Shown here piece after piece: positions 29,538 to 37,305 of a stretch of 43,932 nucleotides of DNA (positions within the stretch are counted from its first letter, which is position 1; the number at the start of each line of letters is the position of its first letter). Position numbers and translations under genes: made by a program. The DNA comes from Gammaproteobacteria bacterium (lineage in GTDB: Bacteria; Pseudomonadota; Gammaproteobacteria; BMS3Bbin11). Below the pieces are notes generated by a model. The model made no database searches, was not told the DNA's origin, and saw only the letters and a program-made list of their open reading frames with translations. The DNA is taken from positions 1 to 43,932 of the forward strand of contig JAUWVE010000001.1 in the NCBI GenBank assembly GCA_030617565.1, read 5' to 3'.

Positions 29538-30390
29538 GATGACTGCCTTTGACGGCGGCAACGAACAGGTCAGCCAGGTGCGGTGTCGATACCTCACCAA
29601 ATTCATGCAGGCGGTGGGCGTCCGTATTCTCGAAAATCATCAGGGCTTCATTCAACAGGTCTTTTTCGTAAAGCGGATTTAATTTACGGGCCTGTTCTGC
29701 TTTTTCTTTTGCTGTTTTAAGCTGTACATAGTGATTGCCGATCTCATCAATGGGCATGTTGATGACGATTTTGCCCTTGTTTATGATCATTATGTCAGTG
29801 AGGATGTGCTCAATCTCTTCTATCTGATGGGTGGTGATGAGTATGGTTCGCTGCTGGTCAAAATATTCATTCAACAACTGATCGTAAAATTCAGTGCGAT
29901 AGATAATATCAAGGCCAAGTGTCGGTTCATCCAGCACCAGCATGCGGGCATTGATACCCATAACTATGGCAAGATGCAATTGTGTTTTCATGCCTTTGGA
30001 GAGCTGCTTGATGCGGTGCGACTTGCTGATGTCGGTGCGGGCAAGAAAGTTCAGTGACTTGCGAAGATCATAGGACGGGTGAGTAGATACCATTAAATCA
30101 AGCAGTTGATCTACGCGAATCCATTCCGGTAAGGAGGCTACATCAGAAATATAACTGATGTCATGCATCAGCTGGGCCCGTTCAATACGCGGGTTTCGTC
30201 CAAATACTTCAAGTTCACCGCGGTATTTTATCAATCCCAGAATTGCCTTCAGTGTCGTCGATTTCCCCGCTCCATTGGGGCCGACAAGGCCAACGATACG
30301 GCCGGGTTTTATCTCAAAATCAACATGATCCACAGCGCGGAAACGACCATAATATTTTGTCAGACCTTTGGCTGTGACCAGGGCTTTCAT
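29530..30390 (-). CDS. ABC transporter ATP-binding protein (ABC-2 / exporter type)
   Basis: 286 aa. Walker A GPNGAGKST, signature LSKGMKTQ, Walker B LVLDEPTLGLD, H-loop TTHQ. Confidence 0.9.
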   Translation of the reverse strand: MKALVTAKGLTKYYGRFRAVDHVDFEIKPGRIVGLVGPNGAGKSTTLKAILGLIKYRGELEVFGRNPRIERAQLMHDISYISDVASLPEWIRVDQLLDLMVSTHPSYDLRKSLNFLARTDISKSHRIKQLSKGMKTQLHLAIVMGINARMLVLDEPTLGLDIIYRTEFYDQLLNEYFDQQRTILITTHQIEEIEHILTDIMIINKGKIVINMPIDEIGNHYVQLKTAKEKAEQARKLNPLYEKDLLNEALMIFENTDAHRLHEFGEVSTPHLADLFVAAVKGSHHA

Positions 30391-30461
30391 CTAGAGTTTT
30401 GCGGTAATGTATAACATGATGCGAATATTATAGCTTACTGTTGCCTGTTAGACAGAAAAGG

Positions 30462-31367
30462 ATGATTACCATGATGGAGATGTCGGCTGCAGATGTACTT
30501 TTGAAAGGCTTGTCACTGCCCGTGAAGCAAAAGTTTGTTGAGCTGGCAGGCGCGCAGCTGAATATACTGGAATGGGGGGATCCGACACGGCCCGGCTTGT
30601 TGTTTTTACATGGTGGGGCAGCCCATGCCGGATGGTGGCGATTTATCGCACCTTTTTTCCTTCCTGACTATCATTGCATCGCAGTTGATATCAGCGGCCA
30701 CGGTGATAGTGCCAGGCGGTCAGAATATACACCTGTTCTGTGGAGCGAAGAAGTGCTTGCGCTGGTCCGTGACCGGTCACTTTTTACCAATACTCCGGTC
30801 ATTATCGGCCATAGCATGGGTGGCCTGATTGGTAGCAGAGTGGCTGTAGTGCTTGCTAAAGAATTGCCTGGACTGGTGATTGTCGACTCTTCCGTGCGAC
30901 CACATAAGCCTAACCATCCGGCTGAGGGGAATTCAAATATAAGAAGCAAAGGCTCAAATCTTCTGGGGCGAAAAAGAATCTATGAAAGTAGCCAGCAGGC
31001 TCGGGCCAGATTTCGCCTTATCCCGCCTCAGCCATGCAAAAATGAAGTGCTGCTGGAGTATATTGCCGCAAATTCAATTCGAAAGATGGATGACGGCTGG
31101 AGCTGGAAATATGACCCGCATGCTTTTCGAAATCTGCAGCCGGTATCAATATTTGATCAGCTAAAAAAAATCGCATGCCCAACAGCAATTATTTTTGCTC
31201 AGCATAGCAGGATACTTGATAGAGAAACGGCAGAAAATATGAGAGACGAGATCAGAAATTCCTTGGACGTGATTGAAATTGCTGACGCTCACCATCACAT
31301 CATGCTGGACCAGCCAATAGTGTTGATAGAGGAACTAAAGAGGATATTGAAAATCTGGAAGTACTAA
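30462..31367 (+). CDS. Alpha/beta-fold hydrolase
   Basis: 301 aa from the ATG at 30462. HGGAAHAGWW oxyanion region, nucleophile elbow GHSMGG, and a C-terminal DAHHH histidine region. Confidence 0.78.
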   Translation: MITMMEMSAADVLLKGLSLPVKQKFVELAGAQLNILEWGDPTRPGLLFLHGGAAHAGWWRFIAPFFLPDYHCIAVDISGHGDSARRSEYTPVLWSEEVLALVRDRSLFTNTPVIIGHSMGGLIGSRVAVVLAKELPGLVIVDSSVRPHKPNHPAEGNSNIRSKGSNLLGRKRIYESSQQARARFRLIPPQPCKNEVLLEYIAANSIRKMDDGWSWKYDPHAFRNLQPVSIFDQLKKIACPTAIIFAQHSRILDRETAENMRDEIRNSLDVIEIADAHHHIMLDQPIVLIEELKRILKIWKY

Positions 31368-31379
31368 AGACAGAAAAAT

Positions 31380-31570
31380 GTTAACCGCGAAGACGCTAAG
31401 GGCGCAAAGATTTTTTCAATTACTAACTGCTATCCCGTTTGTAGGTCCGAATTCATTCGGACACAACGAAACGTCTTGTTTACTGATCTTGCGAATGAAT
31501 TCGCACCTACATTTTGAAAACTGTTTTTAGCTAAATACCAGATTGCGTTCTTTACGCCTTCGCGGTTAAC
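31380..31570. repeat. Nested composite repeat: an outer imperfect inverted repeat enclosing an inverted REP-like hairpin pair
   Basis: Outer arms are GTTAACCGCGAAGACGCTAAGGGCGCAA (31380-) and the reverse complement of GCGTTCTTTACGCCTTCGCGGTTAAC (-31570); the first 13 nt are perfect. Inner REP-like units are TGTAGGTCCGAATTCATTCGGACA (31440-31463) and TGCGAATGAATTCGCACCTACA (31490-31511). Confidence 0.85.
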
Positions 31571-31646
31571 AGATTTTGAAGTTTATTTATCAGGCCATTT
31601 TTTTCTTCTGGGAAGCTCATAAAGCTCACCCGTATTTCCCAGTAAA

Positions 31647-31814
31647 TCAACGGGTACTCACTGCATAGCTTAACCAGACGGGCATCAGCATCATGCAGGG
31701 CGCGGCTTTGGCCGACCAGAAATTTACCAGAATGGGCCCCTTATCTGAATTCACCAGTACCAGTTCATCGGATTCAGTACCTTTCAGGTCGAAAATATGA
31801 AGTGAAATTGTCAT
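31647..31814 (-). pseudogene. Remnant of a thioredoxin-domain (YbbN/CnoX-like) gene
   Basis: 55-codon ORF MTISLHIFDLKGTESDELVLVNSDKGPILVNFWSAKAAPCMMLMPV... resembles the FWSxxSxxC..L.P N-terminus of YbbN-type thioredoxin-like proteins. It then hits a stop, and a weakly plausible continuation (RLVKLCSEY) lies in another frame. The locus ends at the repeat at 31570. Confidence 0.35.
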
Positions 31815-31975
31815 CCAGGAAGAAATAATAAAGCATAATTTTAATGCTAGATAGTTTATATCATATTGATGTTGTTTATTAATAAATATTTATTAAGTAA
31901 TTGAAAAATATAGTAATATGTTGTTATTATTAATAATATACTCACCAAATAATTGCCACTTAAACATTCTGGTTA

Positions 31976-32004
31976 TTGACAGTAGAGGGTTCTTCTCATA
32001 CAAT
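31976..32004 (+). promoter_or_regulatory. Sigma-70 type promoter candidate for iscR
   Basis: TTGACA (31976-31981), a 17-nt spacer, then TACAAT (31999-32004), about 50 nt upstream of the iscR ATG. Confidence 0.5.
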
Positions 32005-32027
32005 AACCAACTAATATAGTCAGGAAT
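32003..32027 (+). promoter_or_regulatory. IscR type-1-like operator
   Basis: ATAACCAACTAATATAGTCAGGAAT matches 22 of 25 positions of the type-1 IscR motif ATASYYGACTRWWWYAGTCRRSTAT as I recall it. It overlaps the -10 hexamer and the start region. Confidence 0.45.
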
Positions 32028-32055
32028 AGATACCGTTAGGTATCAGGAGAGTCAT

Positions 32056-32544
32056 ATGAGATTATCGTCAAAAGGTCAGATAGCTATTTCAGGCATGATG
32101 TTTCTTGCAATAAATGGCAAAGGGCGAGCAATGACAGCGGCTCAAATCGCAACAGATCAGGATATTTCTGTCTCTTATATCGAACAGCTTTTTGCAAATT
32201 TAAGAGAGAGTGAACTTATTGAGGGTGTACGCGGGCCGGGTGGTGGTTACAGGCTGGCTTTAGACCCCGCAGATATATCTGTGGCGGACATCGTTACATC
32301 TGTTGATGACCGTACTTATACTATGCGTGAAACCGTCATCCCGCATTATGGCGACAACGTTCGTTACTTAAGTCAGATGATGTGGAGTTCGTTGAGCCGG
32401 AGTATTTATCAGTTTCTGCACAATATTTCACTGAAAGAGTGCATCGAACGGCTGGATGATGGCGATGCTATCAGTGATGTGCATGCAGGTATATTACAGT
32501 CTGCACAAGCAGGATCATATTCAGGTTTAAGAGAAGCCGGTTAG
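32056..32544 (+). CDS. iscR: Rrf2-family transcriptional regulator, IscR-like but without the Fe-S ligand residues
   Basis: 162 aa. MRLSSKGQIAISGMMFL...ISVSYIEQLF...VRGPGGGYRL matches the IscR wHTH. The region that aligns with the E. coli Cys92/Cys98/Cys104/His107 ligands reads RTYTMRETVIPHYGDNVRYLSQMMW and has no cysteine. Confidence 0.8.
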   Translation: MRLSSKGQIAISGMMFLAINGKGRAMTAAQIATDQDISVSYIEQLFANLRESELIEGVRGPGGGYRLALDPADISVADIVTSVDDRTYTMRETVIPHYGDNVRYLSQMMWSSLSRSIYQFLHNISLKECIERLDDGDAISDVHAGILQSAQAGSYSGLREAG

Positions 32545-32631
32545 AAAATCACACAGCTAAAATTATATTTTACTGCTATAATAAGCAAAATCTTATATAA
32601 CCATTTTAAGTAAGAGTATACGGAGTAAATC

Positions 32632-33027
32632 ATGGCCTATAGTGAAAAAGTACTGGATCATTATGAAAATCCCAGAAATGTCGGGACGCTGGACAAGGAT
32701 TCTCCAAATGTAGGTACCGGGATGGTCGGTGCTCCTGCTTGTGGCGATGTCATGCGTTTACAGATCCAGATTGATGACAACGGTGTGATCGAAGACGCCA
32801 AATTCAAAACCTACGGCTGTGGTTCAGCCATTGCATCAAGTTCATTGGTAACTGAATGGATGAAAGGGAAAACCCTGGATGAAGCGGGTGAGATCAAAAA
32901 TTCAGCAATTGCTGAAGAACTGGCTCTGCCTCCAGTCAAAATTCATTGCTCAGTACTGGCCGAAGACGCGATTACTGCCGCTATTGCCGATCTGAAGGAA
33001 AAATCAGGTAAAGCTGTAGCTGCCTGA
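32632..33027 (+). CDS. iscU: Fe-S cluster assembly scaffold IscU
   Basis: 131 aa. MAYSEKVLDHYENPRNVG, GAPACGDVM, YGCGSAIASSS, LPPVKIHCS: the three cluster cysteines and the LPPVK chaperone-binding motif. Confidence 0.95.
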   Translation: MAYSEKVLDHYENPRNVGTLDKDSPNVGTGMVGAPACGDVMRLQIQIDDNGVIEDAKFKTYGCGSAIASSSLVTEWMKGKTLDEAGEIKNSAIAEELALPPVKIHCSVLAEDAITAAIADLKEKSGKAVAA

Positions 33028-33045
33028 TCCATACAACCGGAATAT

Positions 33046-33081
33046 AAAAAGCCGCTGTGTATCTTACAGCGGCTTTTTTTT
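33046..33081 (+). terminator. Rho-independent terminator after iscU
   Basis: 8-bp GC-rich stem GCCGCTGT/ACAGCGGC (33051-33058 / 33066-33073), a 7-nt loop, an 8-T run at 33074-33081 and an upstream A-run. Confidence 0.85.
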
Positions 33082-33090
33082 GTCTGACAT

Positions 33091-34149
33091 ATGAACAAAC
33101 GCTCTTTTCAACTGAATGAATTGCCCCATGCCTTCCCACAACTCCGTGTCAATGCTGAGATTCGTTCAGTCCCGGAAGATTTTGTTGTAGATGAAGAATT
33201 AGGCTTTTCGCCCACAGCTGAAGGTGAGCATGCCTTTTTACATATACAAAAAAGAGGCAGGAATACAGAAGATGTAGCGCGAGCTCTGGCGCGTCATGCC
33301 GCTGTCCCGCGTAAAGCCGTTAGCTATGCAGGTCTGAAAGATAGAAATGCAGTTACTACACAATATTTCAGCGTCCACCTGCCTGGAAAAGATGATCCTG
33401 ACTGGCTGGACATGGGCGATTCATCGCTGGAGTTCCTTTCAATTACCCGGCATCGTAAGAAGATAAAGCGAGGTGCATTACAGGGCAATGATTTTCGACT
33501 GCAACTTCGTGAGTTTAACGGCAATAGAGAACAGACAGAGCAGCGACTGACACAAATAAAACACAACGGGGTACCTAATTATTTTACCGCTCAGCGTTTT
33601 GGTCATAATGCCAACAATCTTTATTGCGTTGATGAAATGCTGCTGAATGGCAAGCGAGTTAAAGACAGATTTAAACGAAATATCTATTTTTCATCTGCAC
33701 GGTCATGGTTATTTAATCTCGTACTGGCAGAGAGAATTCGCTGTAATAACTGGAACAAAGCGATCGAGGGTGACAGCATGATGCTTAGCGGTTCCCGCTC
33801 CTGCTTTCACATCGATGCCATCGATGAAGAAATACGAAAAAGAGTCGATGAACTCGATATTAGCCCGACCGGCCCGCTCTGGGGCAGGGGAAGCTCCATG
33901 CTGACAGCCGAGGCTGAGAAAATAGAGACGGCAAGCCTCAGTGAATGGCAGAGCTGGAAACAAGGGCTGGAAAAAGCCGGCCAGCAAATGGCCCGCCGCA
34001 GCCTGCGTATGCCTGTCGCAGATCTAAGCTGGGACTGGCCAGAGGAAAACCAGCTGCAACTGAAGTTCTCGTTACTGCCAGGGTGTTATGCGACGGCAGT
34101 ATTGCGAGAGCTTGGGACATTTATTGAGCCTGAAAGAAAGCAGATTTGA
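33091..34149 (+). CDS. truD: tRNA pseudouridine(13) synthase
   Basis: 352 aa. F.V.E...F.P.G.GEH motif (FVVDEELGFSPTAEGEHAFLHIQK), GLKDRNAVTTQ catalytic Asp motif, and NYFTAQRFG. Confidence 0.92.
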   Translation: MNKRSFQLNELPHAFPQLRVNAEIRSVPEDFVVDEELGFSPTAEGEHAFLHIQKRGRNTEDVARALARHAAVPRKAVSYAGLKDRNAVTTQYFSVHLPGKDDPDWLDMGDSSLEFLSITRHRKKIKRGALQGNDFRLQLREFNGNREQTEQRLTQIKHNGVPNYFTAQRFGHNANNLYCVDEMLLNGKRVKDRFKRNIYFSSARSWLFNLVLAERIRCNNWNKAIEGDSMMLSGSRSCFHIDAIDEEIRKRVDELDISPTGPLWGRGSSMLTAEAEKIETASLSEWQSWKQGLEKAGQQMARRSLRMPVADLSWDWPEENQLQLKFSLLPGCYATAVLRELGTFIEPERKQI

Positions 34150-34171
34150 ACCACAGAGGACATAAAGATTG

Positions 34172-34227
34172 TTTTATGGTTTACGTATTACGATTTACGT
34201 AAAACCTAATACATAACACGTAAAACT
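34172..34227. repeat. Heptad-phased palindromic array, family B (NTTTAYG / CRTAAAN)
   Basis: TTTTATG GTTTACG TATTACG ATTTACG | TAAAACC TAATACA TAACACG TAAAACT. The arms meet at the palindrome TTTACGTAAA and pair imperfectly over about 28 nt. It lies between convergent truD and purU. Confidence 0.85.
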
Positions 34228-34236
34228 AGATGTTAA

Positions 34237-35106
34237 CTACCACTCAGCAAACACCACTGTACGATTCTGATGCAGCAGTATCCGATCTTCCGCATGCCAG
34301 CGCACTGCGCGAGCCAGTACATTGCGTTCTATATCCCGGCCGATTTCTTTTAATTCGTCGACTTCATGGCGGTGCGATACGCGTTTGACATCCTGTTCAA
34401 TGATCGGGCCTTCGTCGAGGTCTTCGGTGACGTAATGGGCGGTGGCACCGATAATTTTTACCCCGCGTTCAGCAGCTCTGCGGTAAGGGTCGGCACCGAT
34501 GAAAGCCGGCAGGAAGGAATGATGGATATTGATGACGCGCTGCGGGTAGTGGCTGACAAAAACAGCAGACAATATCTGCATATAACGTGCTAGCACGACC
34601 AGGTCAGTATCATCTGAAAGTAATTCCAGGATTTTGGCTTCTGCTTGCGCTTTATTGTCGGCATGGACGGGCACATGATGAAACGGGACACCAAAGGACT
34701 TTACTGCCACTTCGACATCGGTGTGGTTACTGATGACCTGGGTGATATCTATTGGCAACTGACCGCGTGACCAGCGCCACAGCAGTTCGAGCAGGGCATG
34801 ATCCTGTTTGGATACGAGTATGGCGGTTCGTTTTCGCCGTGCGGCATAGCTAATTTTCCAGTCCATATTATAGGGTTTGGCTACACTTTCAGCGAAGGAT
34901 TGTTCGAGTAATGATTGACTGGTATTCAGGTGCGGTGTCTGGAATTCCAGACGCATCAGGAAGGTTCCATCTTCAGGGCCACTGGAATGCTGATCCAGCG
35001 CCGTAATGTTGGCGCCGTGGTGATAAAGGAAATTTGAGACGGTGGCGACTATACCAGGCTTATCATCGCAGCTGATCAGTAGGCGTGCTGTGGTTTCGGT
35101 ATTCAT
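34237..35106 (-). CDS. purU: Formyltetrahydrofolate deformylase
   Basis: 289 aa. N-terminal ACT domain (LLISCDDKPGIVATVSNFL), formyl-transferase core HHSFLPAF and GATAHYVTEDLDEGPII. Confidence 0.95.
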   Translation of the reverse strand: MNTETTARLLISCDDKPGIVATVSNFLYHHGANITALDQHSSGPEDGTFLMRLEFQTPHLNTSQSLLEQSFAESVAKPYNMDWKISYAARRKRTAILVSKQDHALLELLWRWSRGQLPIDITQVISNHTDVEVAVKSFGVPFHHVPVHADNKAQAEAKILELLSDDTDLVVLARYMQILSAVFVSHYPQRVINIHHSFLPAFIGADPYRRAAERGVKIIGATAHYVTEDLDEGPIIEQDVKRVSHRHEVDELKEIGRDIERNVLARAVRWHAEDRILLHQNRTVVFAEW

Positions 35107-35197
35107 TATCTTAAGGGTGCAGTATTATATAATGCTGATTAAATCATATATATATTCATCATATCAGCTGAAGACAAGACTTCACAGGCAGACATAC

Positions 35198-36583
35198 ATG
35201 AACAATAAACAAACGCGCATTGAAAAGGACTCTATGGGAGAAGTAGAGGTACCGGTAGACGCACTCTATGGCGCTCAGACACAGCGAGCGGTAAATAATT
35301 TTCCGATTTCCGGCACTGTGCTGCCGCGTCCAGTGATTCGCGCATTGGGCTTGATCAAACATGCCTGTGCTACAACTAACCATCATCTGGCTTTGTTGGA
35401 TGAAGCAAGAACGAGAGCGATTACACTGGCATCTACCGCTGTTGCTGAAGGCAGGCATGATGATCAGTTTCCAATCGACATCTTTCAGACCGGTTCCGGC
35501 ACCAGTTCAAATATGAATGCTAATGAGGTGATCGCGACCCTGGCATCCCGGGAATCCGGTATGCAAGTGCATCCGAATGATCATGTCAACATGGGGCAGA
35601 GCTCGAACGATGTATTCCCGGCGGCTATTCATGTGGCGGCTGCATTACAGGTACATGAAGCATTGATGCCTGCACTGGACAAGCTGGAATCAAGTTTGAG
35701 CCGACGGGTTGATGAGCTGGGTCGCGTAGTTAAGACAGGCCGTACCCACTTGATGGACGCAATGCCTGTAACCCTGGGTCAGGAAATCAGCGGCTGGCGT
35801 GATCAGATTTTCCGCGCAAAGTCACGAATCCAGCAGGCAGCTATAGACGTGCTGGATCTGCCCCTGGGTGGCACAGCCGTGGGTACGGGTGTCAATGCAG
35901 CAGAGGGCTTCGCTGAGGGATGTGCGTTAGCCCTGGATGATTTGACCGGTCTTAGCTTCAGGGCACGTGAGAATTTTTTCTCCGGACTGTCCAGCCAGGA
36001 CGATGCTGTTGCGCTCAGCGGCCAGCTAAAATCACTGGCAGTGGCTATGATGAAAATTGCCAATGACCTGCGATGGATGAATTCCGGTCCACTGGCGGGC
36101 CTGGGAGAGATTACTTTACCAGCACTGCAACCCGGCAGCAGCATTATGCCTGGTAAAATCAATCCGGTCATTCCGGAAGCCATAGCGATGGTCTGTGCTG
36201 AAGTAATAGGGAATGACACAACCATTACCATAGCCGGGCAGTCAGGGAACTTCCAGCTCAACGTCATGCTGCCAGTGCTGGCAAAAAACCTGAGCGCCAG
36301 TATCGAGCTACTGAGCAATGCATGCACTGTGCTGGCAGAAAAGGTAATAGATGGATTTGTCGTTAACGAGGCAGCACTGAATGAGTCGCTTGGACGCAAC
36401 CCCATACTGGTGACTGCTCTCAATCCGGTGATCGGCTATGAACTTGGCGCCAAAATTGCTAAACGGGCCTATTCAGAGAACCGGACTGTTAAAGATATAG
36501 CACTGGAAATGACGAACCTGGACGAGGCAGAGCTTGATCGTTTGCTTGATCCGTACAAACTGACATTGGGTGGTTTAATGTAA
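35198..36583 (+). CDS. fumC: Class II fumarate hydratase
   Basis: 461 aa from the ATG at 35198 (MNNKQTRIEKDSMGEVEVP). GSSIMPGKINP signature loop and QTGSGTSSNMNANEV. The 35042 start in the track would overlap purU. Confidence 0.96.
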   Translation: MNNKQTRIEKDSMGEVEVPVDALYGAQTQRAVNNFPISGTVLPRPVIRALGLIKHACATTNHHLALLDEARTRAITLASTAVAEGRHDDQFPIDIFQTGSGTSSNMNANEVIATLASRESGMQVHPNDHVNMGQSSNDVFPAAIHVAAALQVHEALMPALDKLESSLSRRVDELGRVVKTGRTHLMDAMPVTLGQEISGWRDQIFRAKSRIQQAAIDVLDLPLGGTAVGTGVNAAEGFAEGCALALDDLTGLSFRARENFFSGLSSQDDAVALSGQLKSLAVAMMKIANDLRWMNSGPLAGLGEITLPALQPGSSIMPGKINPVIPEAIAMVCAEVIGNDTTITIAGQSGNFQLNVMLPVLAKNLSASIELLSNACTVLAEKVIDGFVVNEAALNESLGRNPILVTALNPVIGYELGAKIAKRAYSENRTVKDIALEMTNLDEAELDRLLDPYKLTLGGLM

Positions 36584-36585
36584 TG

Positions 36586-36641
36586 TATTACGTTTTATGT
36601 TTTATGGTTTACGTAACACCTAATACGTAATACGTAAATCT
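36586..36641. repeat. Heptad-phased array, family B, second locus
   Basis: TATTACG TTTTATG TTTTATG GTTTACG TAACACC TAATACG TAATACG TAAATCT. It shares TTTTATGGTTTACGTA and ACCTAATAC with the 34172 locus and fills the whole fumC to next-gene spacer. Confidence 0.85.
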
Positions 36642-36642
36642 T

Positions 36643-37287
36643 ATGTTTAATCAGTGCCGCGAAGGCCTTTCTTCATTCCCCGTCACCATCCCCGGCCCAT
36701 CAGGTGACCTGGAAGGGAAAGTAGACTGTGCTGCAGGCAATCCGCAGGGCGGGGCTGTCATCTGCCATCCACACCCACTCTACGGCGGCACTCTACAGAA
36801 CAAGGTAGTGCATACCCTGGCCAAATCCCTGGCGGCAAATAACCGTACTGCAGTTCGGTTTAATTTCAGGGGTGTCGGTATCAGTGCGGGTGAATATGAT
36901 GAAGGTGACGGTGAAACAGATGACGCGCTGGCGGTTGTTGACTGGTTAGCAGCTCATCAAAGCAGTTTGCCACTGACACTTGCCGGCTTCTCTTTCGGCT
37001 CATTTGTTGCTTTACAGGCAGCGGCTCAGGTTCAGCCTGATGCCCTGATTACGGTAGCCCCGCCGGTGCGTATGTTTGATTTTGAGGGCCTGTCATCAAT
37101 AGACTGTCCCTGGCTGCTGATACAGGGTGATGAGGATGAGGTCGTAGACGTCAGTTCAGTCATCAATTGGGTTGGTAGCTTAGAGAACCCGCCACAGTTG
37201 GAGATCATGCATGGCGGCAGCCACTTTTTTCATGGCAAACTACTTGAGCTGCGATCGGTCTGTGACGAGTTCCTACAGAAGCTTTAA
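36643..37287 (+). CDS. Alpha/beta hydrolase (small single-domain, COG2945-like)
   Basis: 214 aa. HPHPLYGGT, nucleophile elbow GFSFGS, and a late D/H pair (QGDEDEVV, HFFHG). Confidence 0.72.
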   Translation: MFNQCREGLSSFPVTIPGPSGDLEGKVDCAAGNPQGGAVICHPHPLYGGTLQNKVVHTLAKSLAANNRTAVRFNFRGVGISAGEYDEGDGETDDALAVVDWLAAHQSSLPLTLAGFSFGSFVALQAAAQVQPDALITVAPPVRMFDFEGLSSIDCPWLLIQGDEDEVVDVSSVINWVGSLENPPQLEIMHGGSHFFHGKLLELRSVCDEFLQKL

Positions 37288-37305
37288 TTCTATGAGAGAT
37301 ATAAT

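Noticed and set aside
35803-36423. 206-aa minus-strand ORF
   Set aside because: It lies entirely within fumC antisense and has a composition typical of a shadow frame.
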